Under the pieces are notes generated by a model. It was not told where the DNA came from. It searched no databases and saw nothing but the letters and a program-made list of their open reading frames with translations. From Kiritimatiellia bacterium (lineage in GTDB: Bacteria; Verrucomicrobiota; Kiritimatiellia; SLAD01), in assembly GCA_007130845.1 (NCBI GenBank), contig SLRP01000203.1, forward strand, positions 1-38,150: a stretch of 38,150 bases of DNA. The letters are read 5' to 3'. Positions within the stretch are counted from its first letter, which is position 1. Each line of letters starts with the position of its first letter. The position numbers and the translations under genes were made by a program. Of the stretch, positions 8,324 through 20,000 are shown piece after piece.

Positions 8324-9001
8324 ATGTTTTTCATAGATCCGTTATGGTTGATAATTGCGGCGCCCGGCCTGATACTGGCCATGATCGCGTCCTACATAAC
8401 CAAGAGCACCTTCCATAAGTATGCAGAGTATTCAGCGTCGTCCGGCATGACCGGAGCCCAGGCGGCGCGCCGCCTGCTCGACCAGCGCGGCATGAGTGAT
8501 GTCCGCATAGAGCCTGTACAGGGTTTTCTCAGCGATCACTATGACCCTCGCAGCCGGACATTGCGCCTGTCGCCGAACGTGTACAGTTCAAACTCGCTAT
8601 CGGCCATAGGGGTAGCCTGTCACGAAGCGGGTCACGCCATCCAGCACGCGGAAAATTTCGCCCCGCTTGCACTTCGATCGGCCCTCGTTCCAATTACTTC
8701 GTTCAGCACCAATGCAGCCTATTTCATCTTCATTGCGGGAATGTTTGCTGAAAGCGCCGGGCTGATGCACCTGGGCATAATACTATTCAGCTTTGTGGTG
8801 CTGTTCTCCCTGGTTACCCTTCCCGTTGAGTGGGACGCCAGCGCAAGGGCCAAGCGCCTGATGGTGAGCGCCGGAATTGTCTCTTCGAGAGAACAGGAGC
8901 ATGCCTCAAAGGTGCTTAACGCCGCGTTTCTAACCTACGTTGCGGCACTGCTGACCGCGCTGTTACAACTCCTGTATTTTATTCTGAGGGCCAGGCGCTG
9001 A
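8324..9001 (+). CDS. putative neutral zinc metallopeptidase (YugP-like membrane protein)
   Basis: LSDHYDPR, ACHEAGHAIQH (HExxH), TLPVEWDAS, AAFLTYVA. Confidence 0.9.
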   Translation: MFFIDPLWLIIAAPGLILAMIASYITKSTFHKYAEYSASSGMTGAQAARRLLDQRGMSDVRIEPVQGFLSDHYDPRSRTLRLSPNVYSSNSLSAIGVACHEAGHAIQHAENFAPLALRSALVPITSFSTNAAYFIFIAGMFAESAGLMHLGIILFSFVVLFSLVTLPVEWDASARAKRLMVSAGIVSSREQEHASKVLNAAFLTYVAALLTALLQLLYFILRARR

Positions 9002-9319
9002 TTCCGCGCGTGTCTGCTCGTGGATCCATTTCAGAAAGGCGTCGTTCCCATATGTGACCGGTATGACGACTATGCACGGACAATCGTAACTGTGAATGGA
9101 CTTGACCCGTTCCGTAAGTTCCGTTACCCGATCCTCGGATGTCTTTGCAATGAGGACTGTTTCCCGTTCCTCCTGCACCTTCCCATCCCACCAGAAGAGT
9201 GAATGCATCGGGTCAATCACATTGACGCATGCCGCCATACGCCCCCGCACCAGATCCGAGCCTATTCTGCGAGCCTCCTCTGTATCCCTGGTGGTCATGT
9301 ACACGAAAACGACACTCAT
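8963..9319 (-). CDS. cutA: divalent-cation tolerance protein CutA
   Basis: AACVNV, WWDGKVQEERE, HSYDCPCI, FLKWI. Confidence 0.92.
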   Translation of the reverse strand: MSVVFVYMTTRDTEEARRIGSDLVRGRMAACVNVIDPMHSLFWWDGKVQEERETVLIAKTSEDRVTELTERVKSIHSYDCPCIVVIPVTYGNDAFLKWIHEQTRAESAPGPQNKIQEL

Positions 9320-9527
9320 GATTTCTGCTCCTTTATTATCATTTCATGATCAGGCTGAACTTTCTTGAAAATTGCCGCTACCCCTCCGCCAAAATGCTAA
9401 AAGCAGATTCTTCGTACACAAGCATTACAGGAACGGCAAACACAGCCACCTTAACGCCATTATCCCTTTGCCTTGCAAGGCGTCAACGACTAAGATTCCG
9501 CCTGTAAGAAAACAAGGAGGCGTCAAT

Positions 9528-10061
9528 ATGGATGAGCTATGGTATTATTCATCCGGTGAAGGCGAAAAAAAAGGCCCGGTTTCCGGAAATGATCTGCGGC
9601 GCATGATCAGCAACGACTCTCTCCGGGACGGCGACCTGGTCTGGAAAGAAGGTTTTTCCGACTGGATGCCCTTATCATCCGTTCCCGAGCTGCATCCGCA
9701 GTCTTCCATGCCGCATGGGGTTGACGGCATATACTCCGTTCCACAGGGCCTATCCGGATGGATGACCTTTGTGGGTGTCATGAACATCACGGCCGGCGCG
9801 GTCAATTGTCTAAGTTGTTTTGGAATCATCATAGGCATTCCCATGATCATTGCAGGCGTAGCCTTGCTGGGTGCAAAAAACGCGCTTTCCCAGATGGACC
9901 GGATTACGGCGGACATGGATATTTTCCTGCGGAAACTGCACACCGTCATGATTGCGAACGGTGTAATCTATGCGATAACGCTCATAGGCATTATAATATT
10001 CCTTCTTTTCTATGCAGCGGTGTTTTTCGCACTGCTCAGTGATGCGTTGGGACAGGTATAG
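9528..10061 (+). CDS. GYF_2 (DUF4339) domain membrane protein with DUF5362-like C-terminus
   Basis: WYY...KKGPVS...LVWKEGFSDWMPLSSVPEL followed by three hydrophobic segments. AAGGAGG precedes ATG 9528. Confidence 0.8.
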   Translation: MDELWYYSSGEGEKKGPVSGNDLRRMISNDSLRDGDLVWKEGFSDWMPLSSVPELHPQSSMPHGVDGIYSVPQGLSGWMTFVGVMNITAGAVNCLSCFGIIIGIPMIIAGVALLGAKNALSQMDRITADMDIFLRKLHTVMIANGVIYAITLIGIIIFLLFYAAVFFALLSDALGQV

Positions 10062-10068
10062 GGCCGCG

Positions 10069-10602
10069 TCAAAACATTCTTCCGTACGCAGCTGCCACCA
10101 ATGAGTAGTCGAGGTCGCCGGAAGAGTCCGTCCATGTATGTCTGTATAATGCCTGAAGAAAATGACGGGCCTCACCAAACCATACGCGCAACCCCCCGTC
10201 GACATGCCCTCCCCAATAACTGCCGGAGGATTCCCGGTTGATATCTTCTCCGCGGGAACGGCCCGACAGCAGGGACTGATACGTTCCGCCCGCGCCGATG
10301 AACGGGGCAATATCTGTACGGGGCATGATTCTCAGCGTGAAACCAATGGAGGAATAGTTGCCATCCCTCATGTCATTCGACAGCCAGCCCCCGGATACCT
10401 CGCCGAACAGCGGGGTCCCGACCAGCCATACACCCGATTGAAACGCAAAACCATAGACATCCCCATCCATGTTTCTCTGAACCTCGAAACTCAATCCAGC
10501 CCATTCTTCATAATCTCCCGGGTCGAAGGCTGGGACATTCATGACCGCAAACAGATGAATGACTGCCTTGACAATAATAATCCGTGTAATTCTGCAATTC
10601 AT
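10069..10602 (-). CDS. putative small outer-membrane beta-barrel protein
   Basis: Signal-like N-terminus, alternating hydrophobic/Gly strands (APFIGAGGTY, GGHVDGGLRVWF), C-terminal YGRMF. Start uncertain (10602 or 10641). Confidence 0.65.
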   Translation of the reverse strand: MNCRITRIIIVKAVIHLFAVMNVPAFDPGDYEEWAGLSFEVQRNMDGDVYGFAFQSGVWLVGTPLFGEVSGGWLSNDMRDGNYSSIGFTLRIMPRTDIAPFIGAGGTYQSLLSGRSRGEDINRESSGSYWGGHVDGGLRVWFGEARHFLQALYRHTWTDSSGDLDYSLVAAAYGRMF

Positions 10603-10754
10603 GAATAAAACCTGAAAGGAAATCAGCATAACCCGCAACACATGTCCGAATCAACCAGTACAAGTTATTCCAATTTTCCGGTCAACCCGATACAATAAAC
10701 GGCAGGATCGGCCGTTTTATGTACAAAGGCGGCCGGATAAATGCATGTGACAAT

Positions 10755-11327
10755 ATGGGAAAGACGGATAAACACTGGCTGGACCGCTACCATGAAGGCG
10801 ACGTTGAAGCGCTGGGGGAACTCGTGAATTCTTACCGGAGACCGCTTTACGGGTTCATTCATAAGATGGTTAATACGCCGGGAGAAGCCGACGAGATATT
10901 CCAGGAGACATGGATCAGGGCCATACGTCACCTGGATGATTTCAAATCGGGGAAATTGTTGAGCTGGCTGTTCCGCATAGCGCGAAACCTGGTTATCGAT
11001 GCTGCCCGCAGGAAAAGGCCGGGTATCAGCTTGGATTACAGAGACGAGGAAGGAGTTTCATGGTCCGAAAGAGTTCCTTCCCCGATTACAGGTCCGGCTG
11101 ATGCCGCGTCCGACCGGGAACTCGGCCGGAACATAACGGCTGCGGTGTCCAGACTGCCGGTTGAACAAAAAGAGGTGTTCCTTATGAGGATCGACGGCAA
11201 CCTGCCGTTTCGAGAAATAGCCAGAATACAGGGAATATCCATAAACACAGCGCTGGCCAGAATGCAATACGCCCTGGAGAAACTTAAGACTGAACTTGAC
11301 ATGGAATACAGAACATTGGGTCGGTGA
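10755..11327 (+). CDS. ECF RNA polymerase sigma factor
   Basis: Region 2 ADEIFQETWIRA...SWLFRIARNLVID; region 4 LPVEQKEVFLMR...FREIA...INTALARMQYA. Start 10755 or 10719. Confidence 0.93.
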   Translation: MGKTDKHWLDRYHEGDVEALGELVNSYRRPLYGFIHKMVNTPGEADEIFQETWIRAIRHLDDFKSGKLLSWLFRIARNLVIDAARRKRPGISLDYRDEEGVSWSERVPSPITGPADAASDRELGRNITAAVSRLPVEQKEVFLMRIDGNLPFREIARIQGISINTALARMQYALEKLKTELDMEYRTLGR

Positions 11328-11334
11328 CAAAAAT

Positions 11335-11910
11335 ATGAAACGCGACAAGATCATACGGCTGATTCTGCTGCGGCAAAGCGGCGATATTTCATGGTGGGGA
11401 AAGCTTCGCCTGCGCCGCGAGCTTATCCGCAACCCTGAAGTCTCGCGGGAACTTGACGAATTGAACTCGCTGTTCGAGGTCGCCGGCAGGGATCCTGAAA
11501 CACCCGGGCCGTCTCCTCATGTTATTGAACGCATTAAGGAAGAAGGGCGGGCCGTGCTGAAACGAAGGGAACGGCTCAACAGCCGTATTGCAATGGGATC
11601 CTTCACGAGATTGTGGCATCCGGCCCTGATTTACGGAACGGTATCAATATTGCTGCTGGCCGCCGGAGTATCTTACATGCTCAGTCCGCGCGAGACTCAA
11701 TATATGGCTGACCATATTGAGACAGAACCGCTTGAGTTCGCAATGACGCCATGGCCTGATATGCTGGATTATAGAATCGAAGAGCTCGAAGATGAACTTG
11801 AAGACATCGAAAAGGGCATTGAGTTGGTTTTATTGCACGAAGATGAGTTCTGGAGTGAACTGGATGCATGGGCGTATGAGCTTATGCGGATGGAGGATGA
11901 ACAGATATGA
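11335..11910 (+). CDS. putative single-pass anti-sigma factor
   Basis: Immediately follows the ECF sigma; ~90-aa basic N-domain, one TM (ALIYGTVSILLLAAGVSYML), acidic C-terminus. Confidence 0.7.
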   Translation: MKRDKIIRLILLRQSGDISWWGKLRLRRELIRNPEVSRELDELNSLFEVAGRDPETPGPSPHVIERIKEEGRAVLKRRERLNSRIAMGSFTRLWHPALIYGTVSILLLAAGVSYMLSPRETQYMADHIETEPLEFAMTPWPDMLDYRIEELEDELEDIEKGIELVLLHEDEFWSELDAWAYELMRMEDEQI

Positions 11911-12653
11911 AAATCATGGCTTTATACCTGGCATTTATCATTGCCGGGACCTGCATTGCATCCGAGGGGATTGAACAGGTTCAGGGACATGGTCGGCACG
12001 GTTATGCAAGGGAGCAGACGGATCAGAATGAAAAACCGAGGGGATTTCGAGGACAGGGTCCCGCTGCTGCCGAATCGGAATCCAGGGAATACCGACCGCT
12101 GGAACGCTGGATGGCCAGTCTGAAGGAAGAGGATCCTGATGAATACGAGCGTCTTGAAAATATAAGGCGGACGGATCCATTGGCTTTTCGTGAAGAAATC
12201 AGGGAGCGCGTGCGCGAAATGCGCTTATTCCAGAGATTACGCCGTCAACATCCGGAACTGCATGAATTCCTTCGCGAACAACCAAGAAACGAGCGCCGGC
12301 ATATGATGCGTTATTTAAGGGGAATGCATGACGATCCGAACGAGGCCGTATCTCCCCGGCACAGACGCAGTGCCGACGAACCGGAAATAAAATCCGTGGA
12401 ATCTGATATCCGTAGGATGGTCCGTGACTACCGTATGGAGGAAGACCCCGGCCGACGGGATATGATAAGGAACGGGCTGAAAGATGAAATCGAGCGGCTG
12501 TATGACATCCGGGAGGCTCAACAACTCGAGAGGATCAAGGCCATGGAAGAGCGGCTGGATCAACTCAAACAGGATCTGATCAGGGACCGGGAAAAACGTG
12601 ACATGCACATTGAAAGCTTCCTGGACGAATTGCTCTCGCCGGCGCCTGAATAA
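11907..12653 (+). CDS. secreted Arg/Glu-rich helical protein (Spy/CpxP-like accessory of the ECF operon)
   Basis: ATGA overlap with the upstream gene, signal peptide MKIMALYLAFIIAGTCIA, highly charged coiled-coil-like body. Confidence 0.6.
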   Translation: MKIMALYLAFIIAGTCIASEGIEQVQGHGRHGYAREQTDQNEKPRGFRGQGPAAAESESREYRPLERWMASLKEEDPDEYERLENIRRTDPLAFREEIRERVREMRLFQRLRRQHPELHEFLREQPRNERRHMMRYLRGMHDDPNEAVSPRHRRSADEPEIKSVESDIRRMVRDYRMEEDPGRRDMIRNGLKDEIERLYDIREAQQLERIKAMEERLDQLKQDLIRDREKRDMHIESFLDELLSPAPE

Positions 12654-12702
12654 ACCCGGCTATGATCCGTACCGACACACTCACCCGCCGGTAAACATAT
12701 CA

Positions 12703-13050
12703 TTAACTCTCCGCAATAGCGGGTGCATCGCTCCACAATTGCTCCAGGTCGTAATATGAACGCCGTTCCGATGAAAATATATGTACTACCATGTCGAAGT
12801 AATCCATCGCGATCCATTCGCTTTCGGGAGTTCCCGACACGCGGAAACACCGCATACCCGCCTTCTTGAGGCCCACATCCACACTTTCCGCAAGGGCCTT
12901 GATATGAGGAATATTGTTTCCCGTTACAATAAGGTAATAGTCCGTAACCCCGGAAATATTGCGCACATCCAACGCTGCAACATCCTCTCCTTTCGCATCG
13001 AGAACTATCTCCTTGGCTCTCTCAAGACATTCCAATGTTTCGATCAGCAA
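12703..13050 (-). CDS. rsfS: ribosome silencing factor RsfS (Iojap)
   Basis: DAKGEDV..LDV, TDYYLIVTG, WIAMDYFDMVVHIF, RSYYDLEQLW; lies downstream of nadD. Confidence 0.95.
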   Translation of the reverse strand: MLIETLECLERAKEIVLDAKGEDVAALDVRNISGVTDYYLIVTGNNIPHIKALAESVDVGLKKAGMRCFRVSGTPESEWIAMDYFDMVVHIFSSERRSYYDLEQLWSDAPAIAES

Positions 13051-13673
13051 CGCTCCTTTCTATAAAGTTTGTTCGCTTCAATATACATCTGAACGGCGTC
13101 TGGAACAAGATAACGTATGCTGCGCCCTTCGGATACGCGTCTGCGTATATCAGATGACGAAATATCAATCTGGTGCGCAACTGCCTTACGGCTCAGCAGG
13201 CGTTCGGGCCAGGGATCCGGAAGGTCAAGTTGTCCGCCCACCTGGTCCGTAATGGGAAAACCCGGCCGGGCAAGCGTCACGAATTCACACAACTGCAGCA
13301 GTATATCGATATCTTTCCACATGTGCAGCTCCGGAAGCGTGTCCTCCCCTATTATGAAACAGATCCTGGAGTTGCCATACAGCCTGCGCAGTTCCCGCAC
13401 CGTGTCAACAGCGAAAGAAACACCGCCGCGATCAATTTCCATGCTGTTCAATTCGAACCGTTCATCTCCCTCTACGGCCAGAGAAATCATGGCCATGCGC
13501 GCTTCAGGAGGAGCCAGTTCACTGGTTGATTTATGGGGGGGTTCAGCACTCGGGATAAACAGGACACGGGACAAGTTAAAGCTCTCCATAGCGTCCTGCG
13601 CCACTATCAAATGGCCGTTATGAACCGGATTGAAGGTCCCCCCCAGGACACCGATTGACTCTTGCAAAAACAC
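13044..13673 (-). CDS. nadD: nicotinate-nucleotide adenylyltransferase
   Basis: GGTFNPVHNGH, PPHK, FIIGED, ISSSDIRRR, YLVP. Confidence 0.96.
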   Translation of the reverse strand: MFLQESIGVLGGTFNPVHNGHLIVAQDAMESFNLSRVLFIPSAEPPHKSTSELAPPEARMAMISLAVEGDERFELNSMEIDRGGVSFAVDTVRELRRLYGNSRICFIIGEDTLPELHMWKDIDILLQLCEFVTLARPGFPITDQVGGQLDLPDPWPERLLSRKAVAHQIDISSSDIRRRVSEGRSIRYLVPDAVQMYIEANKLYRKERC

Positions 13674-13794
13674 CTCCCGCTATATCGAGAAAACCCTGAT
13701 ATTACTCTTCACGCTTGATCGCCCTTCATGCCTAGTCTATCGTGTGCCCTTTGGATTCCCAACAAAATAATATACATACAAAGGAGCCGTTTAA

Positions 13795-15084
<1,290 letters not shown>

Positions 15085-15104
15085 GAATAGATAATTCATT
15101 GAAC

Positions 15105-15141
15105 ATACGGGGCCCCGTGCAGGGGGCTCCGTATAGCCTTT
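15105..15141 (+). terminator. hairpin after eno, probable terminator
   Basis: ATACGGGGCCCC-GTGCAG-GGGGCTCCGTAT, 12-bp stem with one G-U; weak T tract. Confidence 0.6.
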
Positions 15142-15276
15142 GCGTGTGTCTTATGCAAGTGCAAATGACGCATGCGCTCGGGCGCCGCACGCCGATGACA
15201 GGCGGTTATATGCAAGTGTTTTTGTCTTTTAAAGGGTCATTCTGATATCTACCGTTTGTGGTGGAGGATATCCGGC

Positions 15277-16725
15277 ATGATCGAGTTCGATGCAACACTT
15301 GCAATAACTTTCGCCCTATACACAGCAGTCATGATCGCCGTGGGAACAGTAGCTTGCCGGCGGACAAAGGATCTTTCAGACTATATTCTCGGCGGACGAA
15401 AGTTGGGAAGCGGTGTAACCGCGCTCAGCGCGGGTGCATCCGATATGAGCGGATGGCTGTTGCTGGGCCTTCCCGGCTATGCCTATCTAGCGGGACTGGA
15501 AGCGACATGGATAGCGGCGGGGCTTCTGGCTGGCACGTATCTAAACTGGCGAATCGTGGCCTACCGCCTTAGATTGTCATCGGAACTTCTGGATAACTCG
15601 TTAACCCTTCCCGACTATTTCGCGCGTCGGTTTAATGACCGATCGGGCGTGCTCAGGGTGGTTTCCGCCCTGTTCATACTTGTTTTCTTCACCTTTTACG
15701 CGGGAGCAGGACTGGTTGCCAGCGGAAAACTTTTTGAAACCGTATTTGGAATTCCCCATGTGTGGGCGGTTGCAGGCGGAGGAGGAGCCATCATTCTCTA
15801 CACGTTTCTGGGCGGATTCCTTGCGGTAAGCTGGACGGATTTTTTACAGGGAATACTGATGATGCTGGCGCTAGTCATGGTTTCCATTTTCGCGATTATT
15901 TATCTCGGGGGGCCTGCGGATACCGCTCATGAAATATCGTCGGTAAACCGGGAGCTTCTTGATCCACTAACAGGCATTACCGGCGATGCATTGACTTGGT
16001 TGGCTGTTATTTCCCTTGCAGGATGGGGGCTGGGGTATTTCGGGCAACCGCATATACTGGCGCGTTTCATGGCTATCAGGGAGCCGGGACGCATTCCACG
16101 TTCAAGGCGTATTGCCATGACCTGGGTAGTAACCAGCATGGCCGGAGCACTCATTGCGGGATGGTCAGGGATCGGCATTATAGACCCGGCATTGTCGGAA
16201 GCCGACTCAGAAAAGGTATTTCTCATTCTTACAGGTATTCTCTTCCATCCCGTTCCAGCCGGCATATGCCTTGCGGCCATACTTGCTGCCATCATGAGCA
16301 CGGCGGACTCCCAGCTGCTTGTAGCGTCTTCGGCCCTGACAGAGGATCTTTACAAGGCCATATTAAGAAAAAATGCAGGTGCCGGGGAACTTCTCTGGAT
16401 AGGACGCAGCGCGGTAATTTTCATAGCCGTAATTGCAGGGTTCCTTGCCGTGGATCCGGACAGCAAGGTTCTGGACCTGGTCTCATACGCATGGGCCGGG
16501 TTCGGAGCTTCATTCGGTCCTGCCATTATATTTTCGTTATTCAACAGAAATACCTCGCGTAACGGTGTCCTGGCAGGTATAACCACCGGTGGTTTGACAG
16601 TAATACTCTGGGATCGTTTCAGCGGCGGCATATTCGATTTGTATGAAATTATTCCGGCCTTTCTGCTTTCTTCAGTGACTATATACGGGGTGAGCTGCTT
16701 CGACACTGTCAGGCGGCGTTTATAA
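15277..16725 (+). CDS. putP: sodium/proline symporter
   Basis: DYILGGR, ALSAGASDMSGWLLLGLPG, GGFLAVSWTD, GYFGQPHILARFMA, AAIMSTADSQLL, YAWAGFGASFGP. GGAGGA precedes ATG 15277. Confidence 0.94.
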   Translation: MIEFDATLAITFALYTAVMIAVGTVACRRTKDLSDYILGGRKLGSGVTALSAGASDMSGWLLLGLPGYAYLAGLEATWIAAGLLAGTYLNWRIVAYRLRLSSELLDNSLTLPDYFARRFNDRSGVLRVVSALFILVFFTFYAGAGLVASGKLFETVFGIPHVWAVAGGGGAIILYTFLGGFLAVSWTDFLQGILMMLALVMVSIFAIIYLGGPADTAHEISSVNRELLDPLTGITGDALTWLAVISLAGWGLGYFGQPHILARFMAIREPGRIPRSRRIAMTWVVTSMAGALIAGWSGIGIIDPALSEADSEKVFLILTGILFHPVPAGICLAAILAAIMSTADSQLLVASSALTEDLYKAILRKNAGAGELLWIGRSAVIFIAVIAGFLAVDPDSKVLDLVSYAWAGFGASFGPAIIFSLFNRNTSRNGVLAGITTGGLTVILWDRFSGGIFDLYEIIPAFLLSSVTIYGVSCFDTVRRRL

Positions 16726-16748
16726 TTACGATATGTGGATATTTCTTC

Positions 16749-16910
16749 ATGAAGGACGAAACACAAGAGTTGATGTACATCAAGTGCGCCTATTGCGGAC
16801 AATGGTTGGACGTTAAACCCGGCCCCATTAATACCGTGTCGCACGGACTATGTCCCCGGTGTTATCAAAAGGAGTCCTCTAAACTCGAATCCGAAAATGA
16901 AAAAGGATGA
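16749..16910 (+). CDS. 53-aa zinc-finger microprotein (CxxC...SHGxCxxC), below the ORF-track cut-off
   Basis: Translates to MKDETQELMYIKCAYCGQWLDVKPGPINTVSHGLCPRCYQKESSKLESENEKG*. Confidence 0.72.
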   Translation: MKDETQELMYIKCAYCGQWLDVKPGPINTVSHGLCPRCYQKESSKLESENEKG

Positions 16911-17034
16911 TCTTCCCCTTTAACAGCTCATCCAGGCCTGGCCCCATTGAAAAAAGTCATGGCATCGTTTGGATATCAGCATTCTCAAAGGGTGTGTGAC
17001 CTGCGGGGCGACGCAGCATAATAATCCTCCGTCC

Positions 17035-20000
17035 TCACTCCAAGTCGAGAAGTTCCCTTACGTCCTCCCATCTAATGCGGTTCATAACCTGTTCATCAGA
17101 CGCCAGGGTGGCGCTGATCACGGATTGTTTCTTTCTCTGCATAGCCAGAACCTTTTCCTCAACCGTGTTTCTTGAAATCAGCTTTACATTGTATACTGTG
17201 CGTTTCTGCCCTATCCGGTGGGCGCGGTCGGTCGCCTGATCTTCAACCGCCGGATTCCACCACGGGTCGTAATGTATAACCATGTCCGCACCTGTGAGAT
17301 TCAAACCAGTCCCTCCCGCTTTCAGGCTTATTAGAAAAACTGGGATTTCCCTGCTTGTATTGAACTCATGCACTACTGCCATGCGATTAGTGGTGGAACC
17401 GTCCAGATAGCAGTATCGAAGATCCCGGTTATCCAGCTCACGTCCCAGGATCTTAAGCATTGAGGTGAACTGGCTGAATACCAGGACGCGGTGACCTCCG
17501 TCCATGGCTTCATCAAGAAGCTCGAAGAACAAATTCAGTTTTTCCGAAGGATGCCTGCTGTCAAGGCCTTCAAGCTTTAATAAATCCAGGTGGCAACACA
17601 CCTGTCGCAATCTCATCAGTGTCTTGAGAATCTCCATGCGGGATCTCTGGAAGCCGTTCTTGGAAACCATGTCGGAAATGCGTCGTCTGGAGTCGGAAAG
17701 CAATTCGCGATATACCATCTGCTGATCCCCGCTCAGCTCGCATTGGGCCACTCGGTCAATACGGGGTGGCAGATCTTTTGCCACATCGCGCTTAAGCCGT
17801 CGCAACAGAAACGGGTGCAGTTTCCTGCGCAATTTTTTCTGCGCTGTTTCACCATCAGGGCCACCCTGAGAGACAGGCAACTCATAGCGCTGGCGAAAGT
17901 TGTCATGCGAACCCAGATATCCAGGCATAAGGAAGTCCATTATCGACCACAAATCAGCCACACTGTTTTCCATGGGTGTTCCAGTCAGAACCACCCTGTG
18001 ATGCGCTTTCAATTTTTTTGCAGAAACGGCATTCTGTGTTGACCGATTCTTGATATGCTGGGCCTCATCCAACACCACTGCGGAGAATTCCTTCGCAAGG
18101 TACCTGTCCACGTCTCTTCGCAATAGAGAGTAGGATGTGATAACCAGATCCGAAGAGTCGATTTTATCCCATGAATTGTGACGGTCGGACCCGGTAACTT
18201 CCAGCACCTCCAGGTCCGGAACAAAGCGGCGGGCTTCCTCGGCCCAGTTTCCGACGAGACTCGTCGGACAAACAATGAGGGCGGGACAACCCGAAGCATC
18301 CCTTTTAACACGCTCGAGCTGCAGCCAGGCGAGAGTCTGCAAGGTCTTACCAAGCCCCATTTCATCGGCAAGAATGCCTCCGAATCCGTTGGCCTCAATG
18401 CAACGCAGCCAACTCACTCCGTCCTTCTGGTATCCGCGCAGTATTCCTTCAAGGTCCTCTCCCAGTTCAACAGGCTCCATGGGTTGAAGCCGGTTCTGCT
18501 GTTCTGCGCGCACACGCCAGTCCCGGCCTGCCTCCACATCCACGCCGTCCAGTGCGTCAAGTGATGACTTTACGTATGCAGAGTACACATCCGACATCCG
18601 AAACCGGCCGGCGGTGGATCCCTCAACACTGGCGCAGTCCTCAAAGACGTCCGTCATGGAATCTATGGCATCCGCATCCAGCAGGATCGTCCTTCCATTC
18701 TGTTCCACATAGGATTCGCCGCGGCGCAAGGCACGGCGGATATCGGATTCAGACAGGCTTTTTCCGTCTCGATTCTCGAAATGAAAGCCGACCTCGAACC
18801 ATCCAGGGCCGCTTTCCCCCACATTCACTACAGGAAGGGCGAATTCAACCTCCTCCATGAAACCGTCAATCCGCCCCTCCAATTCCACCTTCCAGCCTTG
18901 ACGCCTGAAGGCCGGCAGGTCACGGCCAAGGAAGTTCATTACTTCCCTGTTACCTATGATGCTGCTTACTCCGCCGCCATCGTCACTGGAAAATCCGGCG
19001 GAACTCAATTCTGACAGTGCCCGGCGTTCCGCATCCATGTTGCGTACTGTATAGCGCATGATATCTTCCGGGTCGGGATGAGCAAAATGCCCTGCCACAC
19101 TTGCCCTGCCCGCCTCCATTACATCCTCTCCATACTCTGCGTAAAGCGACGCAGACAGTGACGCAGGGCTGCCGCGTATCACCAAACGGAAACCGGGATC
19201 TTCGGGTTCGATGGTAAACAGGTCGAGCGAGACATCAGAATCGACCGGCATAACTCCTTTTAAAACAGGTAGTTCCAGCTGCAAGAACCGGGGTATTGCC
19301 TTTCTGCCTATATGGACAGGCTGCTCATAAACTCCTTGCAGGGGTGCCGGAAGAACCCTTTCCAGCGGCCAGAAATTATCTGCGGCATATATCCATCCCG
19401 AGGTTCGGTTCGCCATGTAGACCGGCATTTCACCGGGCCTCATGTGTGGGAGTTCTGTATGTACGGACAGGATAAGTTCCCCTGTTTCCCCATCCAAATC
19501 CATCTTCAGGCGTGATTGCATTCGAGGGGCATTAACCGTGATCGGATTATCTCCATCCTCCTCAAAAAGATTTTTCCCTTCGAATAGCGGAAGCAGATTC
19601 AGAAAATCCCGAAGGGGAACCTTGACACGACCCCTGACAGGGCCCTCACAAATGTCTTCCAGCACAAACAGAATTGATTCATCCTTGCGGGTAAGAAGGA
19701 ACGGAGCCTCTGTGGAAACCTCTTCAGGGAAATGCCGGCTTCCGTCAAACTCAAGAAGAACTGTCAAAGGCACGGCATTCGATCGAACACCCTCGCGCCA
19801 GCCCGCGGCCAGCTCGATCCTAAGCCCGGCGGAAACCGCCCCATCCACATGCTCCGTTACTCTTTGTATATATTCGTGTTCATCAACACCTTGAAGGCGC
19901 CTGGCACGGCGGGCTTCTTCCCTCAGCTTTTCCTCCCGTTCGGGATCATGCGCTCGATCAAGCAGTTCAAGGCATATCGCGATTACATGTGAACAAATTA

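Noticed and set aside
15152-15218. TATGCAAGTG direct repeat upstream of putP as an operator
   Set aside because: Only two 10-bp copies 57 bp apart, and no regulator nearby. Could be chance or opposite-strand -35-like sequence.
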